Source: Pseudomonadota bacterium (lineage in GTDB: Bacteria; Pseudomonadota; Alphaproteobacteria; RF32; CAG-239). From it: a stretch of DNA of 64,000 nt. Location of the stretch: contig CAKJXZ020000024.1 in NCBI GenBank assembly GCA_918234285.1, positions 1 to 64,000 on the forward strand, given 5' to 3'. Position numbers and translations under genes: made by a program. Below are positions 39,512 to 53,588 of this stretch, one piece after another (the stretch's first letter is position 1; the number at the start of each line of letters is the position of its first letter). A model generated the notes under the pieces. It was not told the origin of the DNA and did no database searches. It saw only the letters and a program-made list of their open reading frames with translations.

Positions 39512-40501
39512 CTAAACTTTTACTTTTTTCATGAATTTACCGATTTCCAGATTAACGCGAATACCATCCTTCGGGGTAACTTTAACCAGCCCGAAGAAAC
39601 GCGGCTTGATTTTGGCAAAGTCAATCGGAGCAAAAATAGCCGGATTGGTCGTAAGCGCCGCAAATGCGCCGTCAATATCTTTTTGCGCCACCCTGAAATA
39701 GTTACTGATCAAGCGTTCGGCATCAATCGGGAAGTTTTTCTTTTTAACCGCTTCAACAAAGCGTCTTTGGCGTTCTTTGCGTTCCAAATATTCTTCATAC
39801 AGCAAGCGTTTGATGTGTTTTTCCTGATATTTCAGAAGTTTTGCCTGATATGTCAGTTCGCAGCTTTCCATATCAATCAGGATTTCTACATAAGAAATAA
39901 CCGCCAGTTGCAGGTTTTGGTCACGTAATGTTTCGGCAAAATTCAAAAATTCCTCGTCTGTTGATGAAACCCTGAATTTGCCGATGGTATCCGGAAAAAT
40001 TTCTTGCAAAAGGTTCCAGCCGGCAATTAAGTCTCCGGCTAATAAATGACCTACGCTCGGCTTGTAGTTAGGATACAGATAGTCAATATCAAATTCCCAA
40101 TTCAGAGGGGATATTTGCTTGTTTTTGCATATTTTATCTATAGAGCTTTTATAATTGATGAAAGCCTGAGCAAGTTCCGATTCTTCACCTCTTAGTTCCG
40201 GACTTTGATCTTCTTCTTCAATCATGGTGCGTGCTACATCAAACGTTTCGGCAACTTCTTTTTCAAATTCCGCAGATGCTTCTTCATTTTCGCTCTGTCC
40301 CTGCGGACTCAGTCGCAACTCATCTTCATCATCGCCTTCTTCCAGCGGAAAATCTTCCGTCCCGTCGTCATTTTTTTTGTTTTTAGCTTCTTTTTTATCG
40401 TCATCATCGTCATCATCAAAGTCATCTACTTTGGAATTGATGAAGCTGTTCAAGAGTTTTTCAAAATCATCGCCGTCGCTAAAAGTATCTTCATCGCTCA
40501 T
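39512..40501 (-). CDS. Hypothetical protein with acidic N-terminus
   Basis: Start at ATG 40501 after AAGGGAG; D/E-rich first third, helical C-terminal domain. Confidence 0.8.
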   Translation of the reverse strand: MSDEDTFSDGDDFEKLLNSFINSKVDDFDDDDDDDKKEAKNKKNDDGTEDFPLEEGDDEDELRLSPQGQSENEEASAEFEKEVAETFDVARTMIEEEDQSPELRGEESELAQAFINYKSSIDKICKNKQISPLNWEFDIDYLYPNYKPSVGHLLAGDLIAGWNLLQEIFPDTIGKFRVSSTDEEFLNFAETLRDQNLQLAVISYVEILIDMESCELTYQAKLLKYQEKHIKRLLYEEYLERKERQRRFVEAVKKKNFPIDAERLISNYFRVAQKDIDGAFAALTTNPAIFAPIDFAKIKPRFFGLVKVTPKDGIRVNLEIGKFMKKVKV

Positions 40502-40600
40502 AAAATCAGCACTCCCTTTAAACTTTTCTTGCAATTGAGTATATCAACCCTTATTATAAAAGAAAAGTAAAATCGTAAAATATAATAAAAAAAGCTTAAA

Positions 40601-41575
40601 ATGGATACGGAAAACCTGATAATAACGCCGGAAGCCGGCGCGGCCGAAGCCAAAATGCGCTTAGATAAGTACCTGGCACAGAAAATGCCGGATATATCGC
40701 GCTCGCGAATCCAAAAATTAATCGCTACCGGCATGGTGACTTGTGAAGATGTTATAATTACCGATAATTCTTTTGCGGTGCGGGCGGGCGATTCGTTTCA
40801 GGTTACTCTGCCGCCGCCGCAAGAGGCAGAGCCGATTGCCGAGGACATTGCATTAGATGTGGTCTTTGAAGATGATGACTTAATCGTGATAAACAAGCCG
40901 GCAGGTATGACGGTGCATCCGGCAGCCGGCGCGTATAGCGGGACATTGGTTAATGCGCTTTTATATCATTGTCGCGATAACTTATCGGGAATCGGCGGCG
41001 TCAAGCGTCCAGGTATTGTGCACCGCATAGATAAAGAAACCAGCGGTTTGTTGGTTGCCGCCAAAAATGATTACGCTCATAATTTTTTGAGCGAGCAATT
41101 TGCCGAACATTCTATTGAACGAACGTATATGGCGGTGGTTTACGGAGTTCTTAATCCGCTAAACGGCAGAATTGAAGGTAACATCGGCCGCAGCAAATTT
41201 GATCGTAAGAAAATGTCATTGGTGGAAAGCGGCGGGAAATTTGCCGCTACCAATTACAAAACTCTGCAAGCATTCGGCAAGGCGGCATCTTTGGTGCAGT
41301 GCAATCTTGAAACCGGCCGCACTCACCAAATCCGTGTACATTTAAGCAGTAAGGGCAATGCGCTTATCGGCGATAAAGTTTATGTTAAAAACAAAAAATC
41401 CGAATTGGCGCTGCCGACCGATTTGAAAAACTATGTCAATACTTTTCCGCGACAAGCGTTGCATGCTAAGAGTTTGGGGTTTGTGCACCCGCGCAGCAAA
41501 CAATTTATGCAGTTCGATTCGGAATTGCCGGCGGATATGGCTGAATTATTGGCAAAGTTGGCGGCGGTTTCCTAA
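40601..41575 (+). CDS. rluD: 23S rRNA pseudouridine synthase (RluA family)
   Basis: S4 domain RLDK; NKPAG; RPGIVHRIDKETSG; LETGRTHQIRVH; upstream of rpoH. Confidence 0.93.
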   Translation: MDTENLIITPEAGAAEAKMRLDKYLAQKMPDISRSRIQKLIATGMVTCEDVIITDNSFAVRAGDSFQVTLPPPQEAEPIAEDIALDVVFEDDDLIVINKPAGMTVHPAAGAYSGTLVNALLYHCRDNLSGIGGVKRPGIVHRIDKETSGLLVAAKNDYAHNFLSEQFAEHSIERTYMAVVYGVLNPLNGRIEGNIGRSKFDRKKMSLVESGGKFAATNYKTLQAFGKAASLVQCNLETGRTHQIRVHLSSKGNALIGDKVYVKNKKSELALPTDLKNYVNTFPRQALHAKSLGFVHPRSKQFMQFDSELPADMAELLAKLAAVS

Positions 41576-41675
41576 ATTAATATAATCCCTTATATGTTTT
41601 TAAATCTAAAGTTCAGGTTGTGAAACTTTCGGTTCGTTCTTATCATTTGGAACGGTCAACAGAAAGGAGGACAAC

Positions 41676-42548
41676 ATGGAAACTGCTCTTACCGGACTGG
41701 ACTTTTCACCCGACAACAATTTGTCGCGCTATTTGCAAAACATTCGCAAATATCCGTTACTCACTCAAGAAGAAGAATATGAGCTGGCGGTAAAATACAA
41801 ACAAACGCAGGATAAAGATATTGCCTATAAATTGATAACCTCGCATTTGCGGTTGGTAATCAAAGTTGTTTCCAAATACAAAGGCTACGGTTTACCGATA
41901 AACGAGATGATTTCGGAAGGTAACATAGGTTTATTGTATGCTATCAACAAATTTGAGCCGGATAAAGGGTTTCGTTTTTCTACTTATGCTTTGTGGTGGA
42001 TTAAGGCCGCGGTGCAAAAATACATCCTCAATTCGTGGTCGCTGGTTAAACTCGGCACGACTGCCGCGCAAAAAAAGCTGTTTTTTAATCTGCGTAAGAT
42101 AAAAAACAGCCTTAATTTAACCGACGACCGCGAACTTTCCGACCGAATAATACAGGATATAGCCGATTCGCTTGATGTCAGTACTCAAGATGTTACCGAT
42201 ATGAACACGCGGCTGAAGGCGCATGACGGTTCGCTGAATATTGTGATTGATAATCAGAGCTCGGACGGCGGGGCCGAATGGATAGATTTTATCTATGACA
42301 CCAAACCTAATCAGGAAGAACAATTGGCCTATCGCGAAACTATGAATTATCGCCGCAAACTGTTTAATCGGGCCATCACGGTTTTAAACCCGCGTGAAAA
42401 AGATATTTTATATAAACGCCGCCTGAGCGAAGAAAATATTACATTGGATGATTTGAGCCGCACCTATCATATTTCAAAAGAACGGGTGCGGCAGATTGAA
42501 CTTAACTCGATTCGCAAAATTGCCAAAGCCGTTGAGGTAATGCAATAG
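41676..42548 (+). CDS. rpoH: Heat-shock sigma factor sigma32
   Basis: RpoH box QKKLFFNLR; WWIKAA..YILNSWSLVK; SKERVRQIE. Confidence 0.95.
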   Translation: METALTGLDFSPDNNLSRYLQNIRKYPLLTQEEEYELAVKYKQTQDKDIAYKLITSHLRLVIKVVSKYKGYGLPINEMISEGNIGLLYAINKFEPDKGFRFSTYALWWIKAAVQKYILNSWSLVKLGTTAAQKKLFFNLRKIKNSLNLTDDRELSDRIIQDIADSLDVSTQDVTDMNTRLKAHDGSLNIVIDNQSSDGGAEWIDFIYDTKPNQEEQLAYRETMNYRRKLFNRAITVLNPREKDILYKRRLSEENITLDDLSRTYHISKERVRQIELNSIRKIAKAVEVMQ

Positions 42549-42608
42549 CCGGCACTTGAAAACACAGACTTACGGCATATTTTAGCAGATGACAATCCGG
42601 AGGATATT

Positions 42609-43742
42609 ATGAAAGAAAATCATAAAAGAATAATCGGACGTGTTGCGGCGGTTATATTACTGGTGCTCGGGCTTAACCTCGGATATTGGTTGTATCATCA
42701 TAGCCATTCTCCCATAGCCATCAAGGCAGAAGATTTGCCGCAAGTGGTAGCAATTAAACCGCAATCGCACGAAATCACCGTAACCGACAACTATATCGGG
42801 CAGGTAGATGCCATAAATCAGGCGCAGATTGTGCCTTATATCAGCGGATACATTGTCAATATTACCGCCGAGGGCGGTAAGTTTGTGAAAAAAGGCGAAA
42901 TTCTGGCCACCATTAAACAGGAGCAATATATTGCCGCATTAACCCGGGCCGAAGCGGATGTATCGGCAGCCAATGCCGATTTGTTTAACGCCAAAACCAA
43001 ATACGAGCGTATGCAAAAAGCCGGGGACAAGGCTGTTTCACCGGCAGAAATGGATAGTGCCGAAGCCGATTATCTGACGGCGATTGCTGCCTTAAAAAAA
43101 GCTCAAGCGGGGAGGGAAACGGCGCAAACCGAGTATGATTATACCTATTTGATTGCGCCTTTTGACGGGGTTTTAGGCAACATTAACCTGTCAATCGGGC
43201 AATATGTGTCGCCGCAAAGTCGCAATTTGATGGAAATCGTGCAATATAATCCGATTCGTGTGGTATTTTCCGTATCTGACAAGGAATATTTAAATCATTT
43301 CAGAAATTTCGAGCCGCAAAATTTGGTGATAAGACTTAAATTGGCCAACGGTGAAATATTTGAACAAACCGGCAATATAGAATATGCCGCCAACATCGTA
43401 AACGAGCAAACCGGTTCGGTAGCGGTATATGCCGAGTTTGCCAATCCCGACCGCAAGCTGATACCCAATGCGTTTGTAGAAGTTTTGTTGGAGCGGACAT
43501 ATGACAACGTGTTGCTTTGGCCTAAAAATTATGTGGATATGCGGCCGGACGGAAATTATATAAATATCGTGCAAAACGGAATACTGCAAACGCAAAAAAT
43601 CCACATATACGGCACATATGATAACCAATATGTTATCGGCGATGAATTTTCCGCCGACACTTATTTGGTTAAAGAAAGTGTTGAACCGCGCTTACTCAAT
43701 CAAAAAGTTACGATTAAAACCCCTCAGGCGGAGCAAAATTGA
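42609..43742 (+). CDS. RND efflux periplasmic adaptor (MFP)
   Basis: N-terminal TM, lipoyl halves (GKFVKKGE; IAPFDG) and coiled-coil hairpin. Confidence 0.92.
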   Translation: MKENHKRIIGRVAAVILLVLGLNLGYWLYHHSHSPIAIKAEDLPQVVAIKPQSHEITVTDNYIGQVDAINQAQIVPYISGYIVNITAEGGKFVKKGEILATIKQEQYIAALTRAEADVSAANADLFNAKTKYERMQKAGDKAVSPAEMDSAEADYLTAIAALKKAQAGRETAQTEYDYTYLIAPFDGVLGNINLSIGQYVSPQSRNLMEIVQYNPIRVVFSVSDKEYLNHFRNFEPQNLVIRLKLANGEIFEQTGNIEYAANIVNEQTGSVAVYAEFANPDRKLIPNAFVEVLLERTYDNVLLWPKNYVDMRPDGNYINIVQNGILQTQKIHIYGTYDNQYVIGDEFSADTYLVKESVEPRLLNQKVTIKTPQAEQN

Positions 43743-46700
43743 TGTTTTCGGCATTTTTTATCAATCGGCCTCGCTTTGCCATTGTAGTTTCAATAGTGAT
43801 GATCATACTCGGTCTGTTGGCGGTGGCGGTGCTACCGGTGGCACAATATCCGGAAATAACCCCGCCGCAGATTGTTGTTTCCACCACCTATATCGGTGCC
43901 GATGCCAAAGTTTTGGCCGATACGGTGGCGGTACCGGTAGAAAACGAGGTCAATGGTGTAGACAACATGCTTTATATGTCATCTTCTTCCGATGATAACG
44001 GTTCGTATAAATTGACGGTAACGTTTGAGGTGGGAACCGATGCCGATATCGCACAGGTTAAGGTGCAAAACCGCCTGCAACAGGCAATGTCGGAATTACC
44101 GTCGGAAGTTACGCAGTACGGTATAAATGTCAAAACGCAAAATTCCAATATATTGGCAATGCTGGTGTTGCGTTCGCCAAACCATACTTACGACGATTTG
44201 TTTTTGAGCAACTATGCTTATGCTAACTTAAAAAATGAACTCTCCCGCGTTAAAGGGGTTGGCGATGTGCAAATATTCGGACCGCAATACAGTATGCGGA
44301 TATGGCTAAACAGCGACAAACTGTATTCTATGGGGTTGACGGCGGCCGATGTAATGAATGCGGTTAAAAACCAAAACGTGCAGGCTTCAGTCGGCAGCAT
44401 CGGTGCGGCACCGAGCAGCCCGGATAACAAAATAGTGCTTTCGTTGACGGCTAAAGGATTGTTGCAAACGGTGGAAGATTTTGAAAATATCGTAATCACT
44501 TCTGCTGCTGACGGCGGTATTGTTTATCTTAAAGACGTTGCTCACATCGAACTCGGAGCCGATATTTATAACTTAAAATCGGCATACAACGATTCGCCGG
44601 CATTGATAATGGCCATCAATCAAACGCCGAATACCAATTCGCTGCAAATTATGAAAAATATTCGCAAAAAAATAGAAGAAATGACAACAAAACTGCCGGA
44701 AGATATAGAGTTTCGCGTCTTATACGATTCAACCGATTATGTGCGAGCCTCAATTAAAGGTATTTTGGATACGCTCCTAATAACATTTATTTTAGTGATT
44801 TTGGTTACCTACGTATTTTTGCAAAAAATAACCACCACCTTGATACCTTTGTTGACTATTCCGGTTTCGTTGATTGCCACCTTTGCCGTGATTTATGTGT
44901 TGGGATATAATATTAATATCCTGACTTTGTTTGCGATGATTTTGGCCATCGGTTTGGTGGTTGACGACGCTATTATCGTGGTGGAGCGGGTGCAATATTT
45001 AATCAGTCGGAACAATCTGAACGCACACGAGGCAGCAATAACGGCGATGCGGGAAATCGGCAGTGCGGTTATTGCCACGACTTTCGTACTGTTGGCGATT
45101 TTTATTCCGGTGGGGCTGATGGCCGGCATAACCGGCAAAATTTATCAACAATTTGCCGTTACCATCGCTACGGCGGTCAGCTTCTCTTCAATAAATGCAT
45201 TGACCTTAAGCCCGGCCTTGTGTGCTATTTTTCTCAAAGATGAAAAAACGCAAAAAATCGGTATATTCTTTCAAAAATTTGATGAATTGCTGGCCTGGAG
45301 CCAAAAACATTACCTTAGCTTTGTCGGCTATTTTGCCGAGCGATTAAAGCTGACCGCGCTGGTTGTTTTGACGGTGATAGCCGGCATAGGATTAATGTTT
45401 TGGCGGACTCCTACATCGTTTTTGCCTGAGGATGACCAGGGAATTTTATTTGCCAACGTGCAGCTTTCCGATATCTCCGGTATAAACCGCACCAACGAAG
45501 TTATCAGCAAAATGAATGAGCGGGTTTTACAGACACCCGGAGTTAAATATTTCATGACGGTTGCCGGATACAGTATGCTCGGCGGTGGCGGTGAAAATGT
45601 AGCCTTCGGAGTTATCGGGCTGGAACCATGGGACAAACGCACCGCGAAAAATCTGTCGGTTGAAGCGATTCGACAGACGTTAAGTCGCAAATTTGCTGAA
45701 TTTAACGAGGCGGAAATTAACTTTTTTGCGCCGCCGGCTATTGTCGGGGTGGGGCAAAGCAACGGCATTTCGTTTGAATATTTGGCAACCGATAATCAAA
45801 TATCGGCTTCGGAATTAGCTGCTTCACTCAATAAATATTTGCTTAAAGTAAATCAATCTCCGGATTTCAGCTATGCATTTTCTACTTTTACCGCCGATAC
45901 ACCGCATATATACCTCGATATAAATCGCCGCAAAGCCGAGTATTATAAAGTAAATGTTGCGGATTTGTTTGCGGTATTGCAAAATAATCTGGGCTCACGC
46001 TACATTAACAACATTACTCTGAGCGGACAGGTTAATAAAGTTATTTTGCAGGCGGATTATGCCTACCGCGGCAATATGGAAGATATCGGACGTCTGCAGG
46101 TACGTTCGCAAGACGGCAAACTTATTCGTATCGACAGTTTTGCCAAGGTGCAGACGGAACTTTCACCGAAGACAATTTATCGTTTTAATCAATATACTTC
46201 AGCCGGTGTTACGGCTATGTCACGCGAAGGTATCAGTAGCGGCACTGCGTTGAAAACTTTAGAAACTTTGCAACAAAAATCGGGTAAAGAGTTCGATATT
46301 TCGTGGACCGGACTAAGTCTGCAAGAAGTGGAAAACCGCGGAGTTGCCGGCTTTCTCATTGCTTTGGCGGCAGTGTTTTGCTACTTGTTCTTAGTGGCCT
46401 TGTACGAAAGTTGGTTTCTGGCCTTATCGGTGATTTTTTCCACCGTGTTTGCAATATTGGGAGCATTGGTCGGCCTGCATTTTATGGGAGAATCGCTGAG
46501 TATTTATGCTCAGCTCGGCTTGGTAATGCTTATCGGATTGGCTGCCAAGAATGCAATCCTTATTGTAGAGTTTACCAAAATGTATAGAGAACAGGGTTTT
46601 AGTATTGTTGAGGCAGCCGAAAAAGGTGCGGAGGAGCGGTATCGTGCGGTTCTGATGACGGCATTTACCTTTATTTTGGGAGTATTCCCGATGATTATAG

Positions 46701-46867
46701 CCAAAGGTGCCGGTGCCGGTTCGCAAATAGCCATCGGCTCGGCGGTGTTTTTCGGTATGATTTTTGCCACCGTCATCGGCATAGTATTTATTCCATCGTT
46801 GTTTGCAATTTTTGAACACTTAAAAGAACATTTTCAGTCTTCGACCAAGGAGAAAGCAAATGGGTAA
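43739..46867 (+). CDS. RND efflux permease (AcrB/HAE1 family)
   Basis: [47 protein letters not shown]. Confidence 0.96.
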   Translation: MMFSAFFINRPRFAIVVSIVMIILGLLAVAVLPVAQYPEITPPQIVVSTTYIGADAKVLADTVAVPVENEVNGVDNMLYMSSSSDDNGSYKLTVTFEVGTDADIAQVKVQNRLQQAMSELPSEVTQYGINVKTQNSNILAMLVLRSPNHTYDDLFLSNYAYANLKNELSRVKGVGDVQIFGPQYSMRIWLNSDKLYSMGLTAADVMNAVKNQNVQASVGSIGAAPSSPDNKIVLSLTAKGLLQTVEDFENIVITSAADGGIVYLKDVAHIELGADIYNLKSAYNDSPALIMAINQTPNTNSLQIMKNIRKKIEEMTTKLPEDIEFRVLYDSTDYVRASIKGILDTLLITFILVILVTYVFLQKITTTLIPLLTIPVSLIATFAVIYVLGYNINILTLFAMILAIGLVVDDAIIVVERVQYLISRNNLNAHEAAITAMREIGSAVIATTFVLLAIFIPVGLMAGITGKIYQQFAVTIATAVSFSSINALTLSPALCAIFLKDEKTQKIGIFFQKFDELLAWSQKHYLSFVGYFAERLKLTALVVLTVIAGIGLMFWRTPTSFLPEDDQGILFANVQLSDISGINRTNEVISKMNERVLQTPGVKYFMTVAGYSMLGGGGENVAFGVIGLEPWDKRTAKNLSVEAIRQTLSRKFAEFNEAEINFFAPPAIVGVGQSNGISFEYLATDNQISASELAASLNKYLLKVNQSPDFSYAFSTFTADTPHIYLDINRRKAEYYKVNVADLFAVLQNNLGSRYINNITLSGQVNKVILQADYAYRGNMEDIGRLQVRSQDGKLIRIDSFAKVQTELSPKTIYRFNQYTSAGVTAMSREGISSGTALKTLETLQQKSGKEFDISWTGLSLQEVENRGVAGFLIALAAVFCYLFLVALYESWFLALSVIFSTVFAILGALVGLHFMGESLSIYAQLGLVMLIGLAAKNAILIVEFTKMYREQGFSIVEAAEKGAEERYRAVLMTAFTFILGVFPMIIAKGAGAGSQIAIGSAVFFGMIFATVIGIVFIPSLFAIFEHLKEHFQSSTKEKANG

Positions 46868-48236
46868 GATTTTATGGTGCAGTGCACCGATTTTACTTTG
46901 TGTTGCCTGTAATGTCGGACCCGATTACGTGCGGCCGGAATTTTATGACGACGCGACAATATCAAGAGAATTGCATCTTAAAGAAAATCGGCCGCTGCCG
47001 GAAAAATGGTACCGTCGGCTCGACGATTCGCAACTTAACAATCTGGTGGAAAAAGGTTTGCAAAATAATACCGATATTCATTCTGCGCTCGAGCGATTGC
47101 ATCAGGCTCGCGCCACTTCACGCATAAATTCGGCTGATTATTTGCCGCAGGCCGGTCTTAAGGGTGGTTACAATTATGAAAAATACGGCAAAAATAACAA
47201 CGCTGTCGATTCGCATTATTATTCGGCCGGATTTGATGCTTCATGGGAGCTTGATTTATGGGGTAAAGGTCGCCGTCAGAGCGAAGCAGATACGGCAGCG
47301 ATGCGTGCGGCCGAATATACTTTGCAAGATGTCCGTAATGTGGTTGCGGCTGAAATTGTCGCCGATTATATCGGTTTGTTGCAAAATACGGAAAATCTGC
47401 GCTTTGCCGAACAAAATGCCCGATTGCAGCAAGATATTTTTGCCACGGTCAGAGCCAAATATGAAAGCGGACTAAGTGACGAAACCAGCTATCGCGAAGC
47501 ACAATATTTGTTAGAAAACACGCGAGCGCAAATTCCGCAATATCAGGCGGAAATTGAAAAATACAGGAATGCTCTGGCTGCAGTTATCGGCATATTACCG
47601 TCGGGATTAGATTCGATGAAGTTCTCAAAAAAAATGTTGTCGCTTTCGGCAACAGAGGCGAAATTATTTAATTTTCCGCTGTATGTGGTGCGATTACGGC
47701 CGGATGTGGCAACAGCCGAGCAAAAACTGGCGACGCAAAATGCGTTGGTAGGTGTCGCGGTGGCGGAGCTTTATCCCGATGTTAACATCAGTGCTTTGTG
47801 GGGTTATGCGGCACAAAGCGGCAATAAACTGATTCGCTCAAGCAGTCAGACCTATAATTACGCTCCTTTGTTGACCATGCCGTTTTTGGATTGGAATAAG
47901 TTGCAAAATAACATAAAATTGCAAGAATCGGTACGGCAAGAAGCTTTGGAAAATTATAAGCGAGCGGTATTAAACGCCGTGGCTGAGATTCGTAATGCGC
48001 AAACCGCATATACCACAAGCAAAAGCAGTGCACGCAACAAATATATGGCATGGCGCAATATGCAGACCGCGGCAGAACTGACGCAGAAAAAATATGAGAG
48101 CGGGTTGGGGGAGTTTGCCGATGTAATGCGAACGCAACAAAATCTGATAACAGCACAACAAGACTATGTTTCCGCTATGGCGCAAACCATACAAAACCTC
48201 GTTGCTTTTTATAAAGCAATCGGAGCGCCGGTATAA
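46860..48236 (+). CDS. RND outer-membrane factor lipoprotein (NodT/OprM family)
   Basis: Lipobox VAC-NVGPDY; SWELDLWGK; RPDV; YKAIG. Confidence 0.92.
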   Translation: MGKILWCSAPILLCVACNVGPDYVRPEFYDDATISRELHLKENRPLPEKWYRRLDDSQLNNLVEKGLQNNTDIHSALERLHQARATSRINSADYLPQAGLKGGYNYEKYGKNNNAVDSHYYSAGFDASWELDLWGKGRRQSEADTAAMRAAEYTLQDVRNVVAAEIVADYIGLLQNTENLRFAEQNARLQQDIFATVRAKYESGLSDETSYREAQYLLENTRAQIPQYQAEIEKYRNALAAVIGILPSGLDSMKFSKKMLSLSATEAKLFNFPLYVVRLRPDVATAEQKLATQNALVGVAVAELYPDVNISALWGYAAQSGNKLIRSSSQTYNYAPLLTMPFLDWNKLQNNIKLQESVRQEALENYKRAVLNAVAEIRNAQTAYTTSKSSARNKYMAWRNMQTAAELTQKKYESGLGEFADVMRTQQNLITAQQDYVSAMAQTIQNLVAFYKAIGAPV

Positions 48237-48253
48237 TTTTAATCCATGATAAA

Positions 48254-48715
48254 TCAGTAATAGTTCAAATCTTCAAACGGTATACGGTCGGACGGTTTTT
48301 GCGGCTTATAAACATATACGTTGGTTACGGTCGGAATATTGTATTTGCGATGCCAGTATCCCTTCTTTTCCATACACAGACGATAATCTTTCGGATTGGA
48401 TTCGGCCGAGTCGCGAATAGAATTAACGAGAAGCGGCGAAGCACCGCGATACGGCACATAACTCGCCCAGATACCTTTTTCTTTATGCCAATCGACATGA
48501 ATATTGTAACGATATTCTTCGGAATAGAACCAGTTGGCAAAATTAGGCCAATGGAACCAGCTTTCAGCCTGTTTTAAGCACTCCGAATGGTCGCGCGAGA
48601 ATTTTGCCACACCGGTATTTTCCCGCTCCCAGTGATAAATTACCTGTCCCTTGCCTCCGTAAGTAGAAGAGCAGGCACCTAAAAACAGACTGAATAAAAA
48701 CAACAAATATCTCAT
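48254..48715 (-). CDS. Hypothetical lipoprotein
   Basis: Lipobox LGAC; D..EC...CM..KGY pattern. Confidence 0.75.
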   Translation of the reverse strand: MRYLLFLFSLFLGACSSTYGGKGQVIYHWERENTGVAKFSRDHSECLKQAESWFHWPNFANWFYSEEYRYNIHVDWHKEKGIWASYVPYRGASPLLVNSIRDSAESNPKDYRLCMEKKGYWHRKYNIPTVTNVYVYKPQKPSDRIPFEDLNYY

Positions 48716-48716
48716 G

Positions 48717-49382
48717 TTAAAAATCCAAATTGGTATAATGGGTTGACGGATATATATTCTTGATACGGTCGTTTAAAATTTCTTTAAAACTCGGCCGCGA
48801 CTTAATTTGCGAATACCACTGTTTGGCATTTTTAAAATCTTCCCACGGTACATCGCCTAGATAATCTATGATGGATAACTGCGCTGCCGCACTTATATCG
48901 GCCATGGAAAATCCGCCGTTAACCAGATAATTATTACGCTCAACCATCCAATCGATATATTCCAGATGGAATCGCAGATTGTTTATTCCTGTCTGAATAC
49001 GTTTGGATTCCGGCGGTTGATGCAAGGCAAATCGTTTATATATTTTTTCACCGACAATATACTGATAAACTTCCCGATGGAACTTGTTATCAAACCAGTC
49101 GACCAACCGGCGGGTTTCGGCACGTTCTTTATTGTTACCGTTAATCAGACGATTTTGAGTGTACGTTTCCTCCAAAAATTCGGTGATGGCATAGTTGCCG
49201 GAAATAATGTTGCCGTCAAAAATAAACACCGGTAATTCTCCGGCCGGATTAATCTTTTTGATATCCGTAGACAAGGCCCATGGTGTTTCTTCTTTCAAAA
49301 CATACAGCATTCTCTTTTCGGCCATTAATATCCGAATTTTGCGGCATTGTGGTAAAATATTGCTATGTACCAAAAGAACCAT
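48717..49382 (-). CDS. fzlA: GST-fold protein, FtsZ-binding FzlA-like
   Basis: GST fold (INPAGELPV, SMADI, KSRPSF); C-terminus HYTNLDF resembles alphaproteobacterial FzlA. Confidence 0.8.
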   Translation of the reverse strand: MVLLVHSNILPQCRKIRILMAEKRMLYVLKEETPWALSTDIKKINPAGELPVFIFDGNIISGNYAITEFLEETYTQNRLINGNNKERAETRRLVDWFDNKFHREVYQYIVGEKIYKRFALHQPPESKRIQTGINNLRFHLEYIDWMVERNNYLVNGGFSMADISAAAQLSIIDYLGDVPWEDFKNAKQWYSQIKSRPSFKEILNDRIKNIYPSTHYTNLDF

Positions 49383-49390
49383 AAAACCTC

Positions 49391-50389
49391 CTAGTAAATT
49401 CCCTCTATAACCTCATCTATCGATTTTTCTTCGACTTTTTGTTCAATTACGTGTCCGCTCCTGCCGGCTAAATCATCCTCAACTTCCAAAAAGTTTTCTT
49501 GTGTATCTTCGGTATCGTATTGAACAAATGACGGCGGCACCGTACCTTCATAGCGGCGTTCTTCTTCGCTGACGATGCGTATAATTTCTTCCTTAACCGC
49601 GGTGGCGTACTCCGGTTTTGCAAACTCATCCTGAAAAACCTCCATATATTGCGAAAGCCGAGGGGTTACTTTGGATATAGCAATGAATACCGGGATTTTA
49701 AACAACGGTTTTTGTGAATAAGACAAAAAACTTCCAACGCCGTAGTGGCTTGCCATCATGCGGTTATAATACAATCCTCCCACCATATAATCGGCTTTTC
49801 CCAATATAATTCTTTCGTAACATTCATACGGTGTGTCTACAAATTCCACACCCAAATCTGCAACTTTGCGTACGATGAAATCGCTTAAGAGTTCGGTTTT
49901 AGACATGACACCGCGCATATTTTTTAAGTCTTCAAAGTTTGAGATTTTGGTCATACTGTCCGCAGAAGTAATAACGTGAATAGGGTTGGAAACACTGGCC
50001 GGAAAAATCATCTGTAAGCCGCTGTAGAGCTGGGTATTTGAATATGCACCTATAAATACTTTATGTTTGCCGCTTCTGACATCAAGCAACATCAATTTTA
50101 AATCCAACTCATCATCGTCAAGCTCGACCGGAACAATGTTTATGCCGTGCTTACTCATAACGTCAATTGTCGGCTTCAAAAAGGCACTCTCCAACTCCAT
50201 CAGACCATATTTACCGACTTTTTTCGAAGGCACATAACGCGAAAACGGAGGATAATCAGCCCATCCCACGGTATTTAGAGGTGTGTCGAAATAATTTTCC
50301 ACTTCAACCATATTGGTAGAATCTTCGTCTGCATAAGCAGCAGCGATGCCTAACGCCCAAAAAAATATAAAAATCCGCAAAAATCTCAT
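49391..50389 (-). CDS. Periplasmic solute-binding (family 3-like) protein
   Basis: Signal peptide AYA; DYPPFS; EDLK..RG; GKADY. Confidence 0.75.
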   Translation of the reverse strand: MRFLRIFIFFWALGIAAAYADEDSTNMVEVENYFDTPLNTVGWADYPPFSRYVPSKKVGKYGLMELESAFLKPTIDVMSKHGINIVPVELDDDELDLKLMLLDVRSGKHKVFIGAYSNTQLYSGLQMIFPASVSNPIHVITSADSMTKISNFEDLKNMRGVMSKTELLSDFIVRKVADLGVEFVDTPYECYERIILGKADYMVGGLYYNRMMASHYGVGSFLSYSQKPLFKIPVFIAISKVTPRLSQYMEVFQDEFAKPEYATAVKEEIIRIVSEEERRYEGTVPPSFVQYDTEDTQENFLEVEDDLAGRSGHVIEQKVEEKSIDEVIEGIY

Positions 50390-50532
50390 AGCTTTATATC
50401 CCGTTTTTTTATGCCGTTAATGCCATTATTTACCACATTAAGCATAAATAAATTGTGTTAAAAAGATTTTAACCGATTGCATAAAAGCAATAATTCTGTA
50501 ACATATTACAAAAGAAAATTGAAAAGTACAAG

Positions 50533-51314
50533 ATGGTAAATATAAATAAAAATTTATTTTTGCAACGAAACCGCAATATTATTGCTATAACTTCGGGTGT
50601 CGGCAGCATGGGTAAAACTTGGCTGACTCTTACGCTCGCGCACGCACTTAACATCTTGCAACAATCGGTTTTGTTATTTGATGCGGATAACGGACTGTTA
50701 AATGTTGCGGCGCAGACAGATGTTTCGTCTCTGTACTCCCTCAACGATGTTTTGACTTCTGATATTACGCTCAATCAAGCTATAGCACCGATTAACCGAA
50801 GAAAATTTGATACCGTTTTCGGAGAAACCGGAAGTAATATTCTGGAAAGTACTCCCGTCGGGCGTTTGCAGATATTGCGCGATGATTTGTTGCTGGCGGC
50901 CCAGGATTATGATTATCTGTTGATAGATTTACCGTCTTCGGAAAAAATTTCGCTTAATATTTTGCCTTCCGACGGTAACTTGATTTTGGTGTGTACCAAC
51001 GAACCGTCTAATTTGGTGTCGACCTATAAATTTTTACAAGATACCGCCGCTACCGAACGCTATAAAAATATGCAGATTGTGGTTAATCATGCCCAATCGT
51101 ATGAAGAAGGATTGCAAACCTATAATACTCTGCGTCATGCTTGCGAAGAATATATTACCAAAACTCCGGCGCTGTTGGGAGTGGTCCGACGTGATACCAG
51201 AGTGCGTGACGCCATCCGCAATCGTTTTTTACTTCTTAACCGCTATCCCAATTCCGAAGCCGCGGAAGACATGATGCAGATTGCGCGCAAAATTTTGCAA
51301 AAAGGAGAAGAATA

Positions 51315-51315
<1 letters not shown>
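50533..51315 (+). CDS. MinD/FlhG-like P-loop protein with degenerate Walker A
   Basis: TSGVGSMGKT, LFDAD.GLLNV, IVVN, GVVRRDTRVRDAI. Confidence 0.8.
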
Positions 51316-53587
<2,272 letters not shown>

Positions 53588-53588
53588 T

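Noticed and set aside
33033-40501. virD4 region as an ICE or conjugative element
   Set aside because: No integrase, relaxase, virB4, tRNA target or flanking direct repeats seen
41620-42585. ECF-type promoter before rpoH and sigma32-type promoter before the RND operon
   Set aside because: Matches are short and ambiguous with sigma70-like elements; unsupported without TSS data
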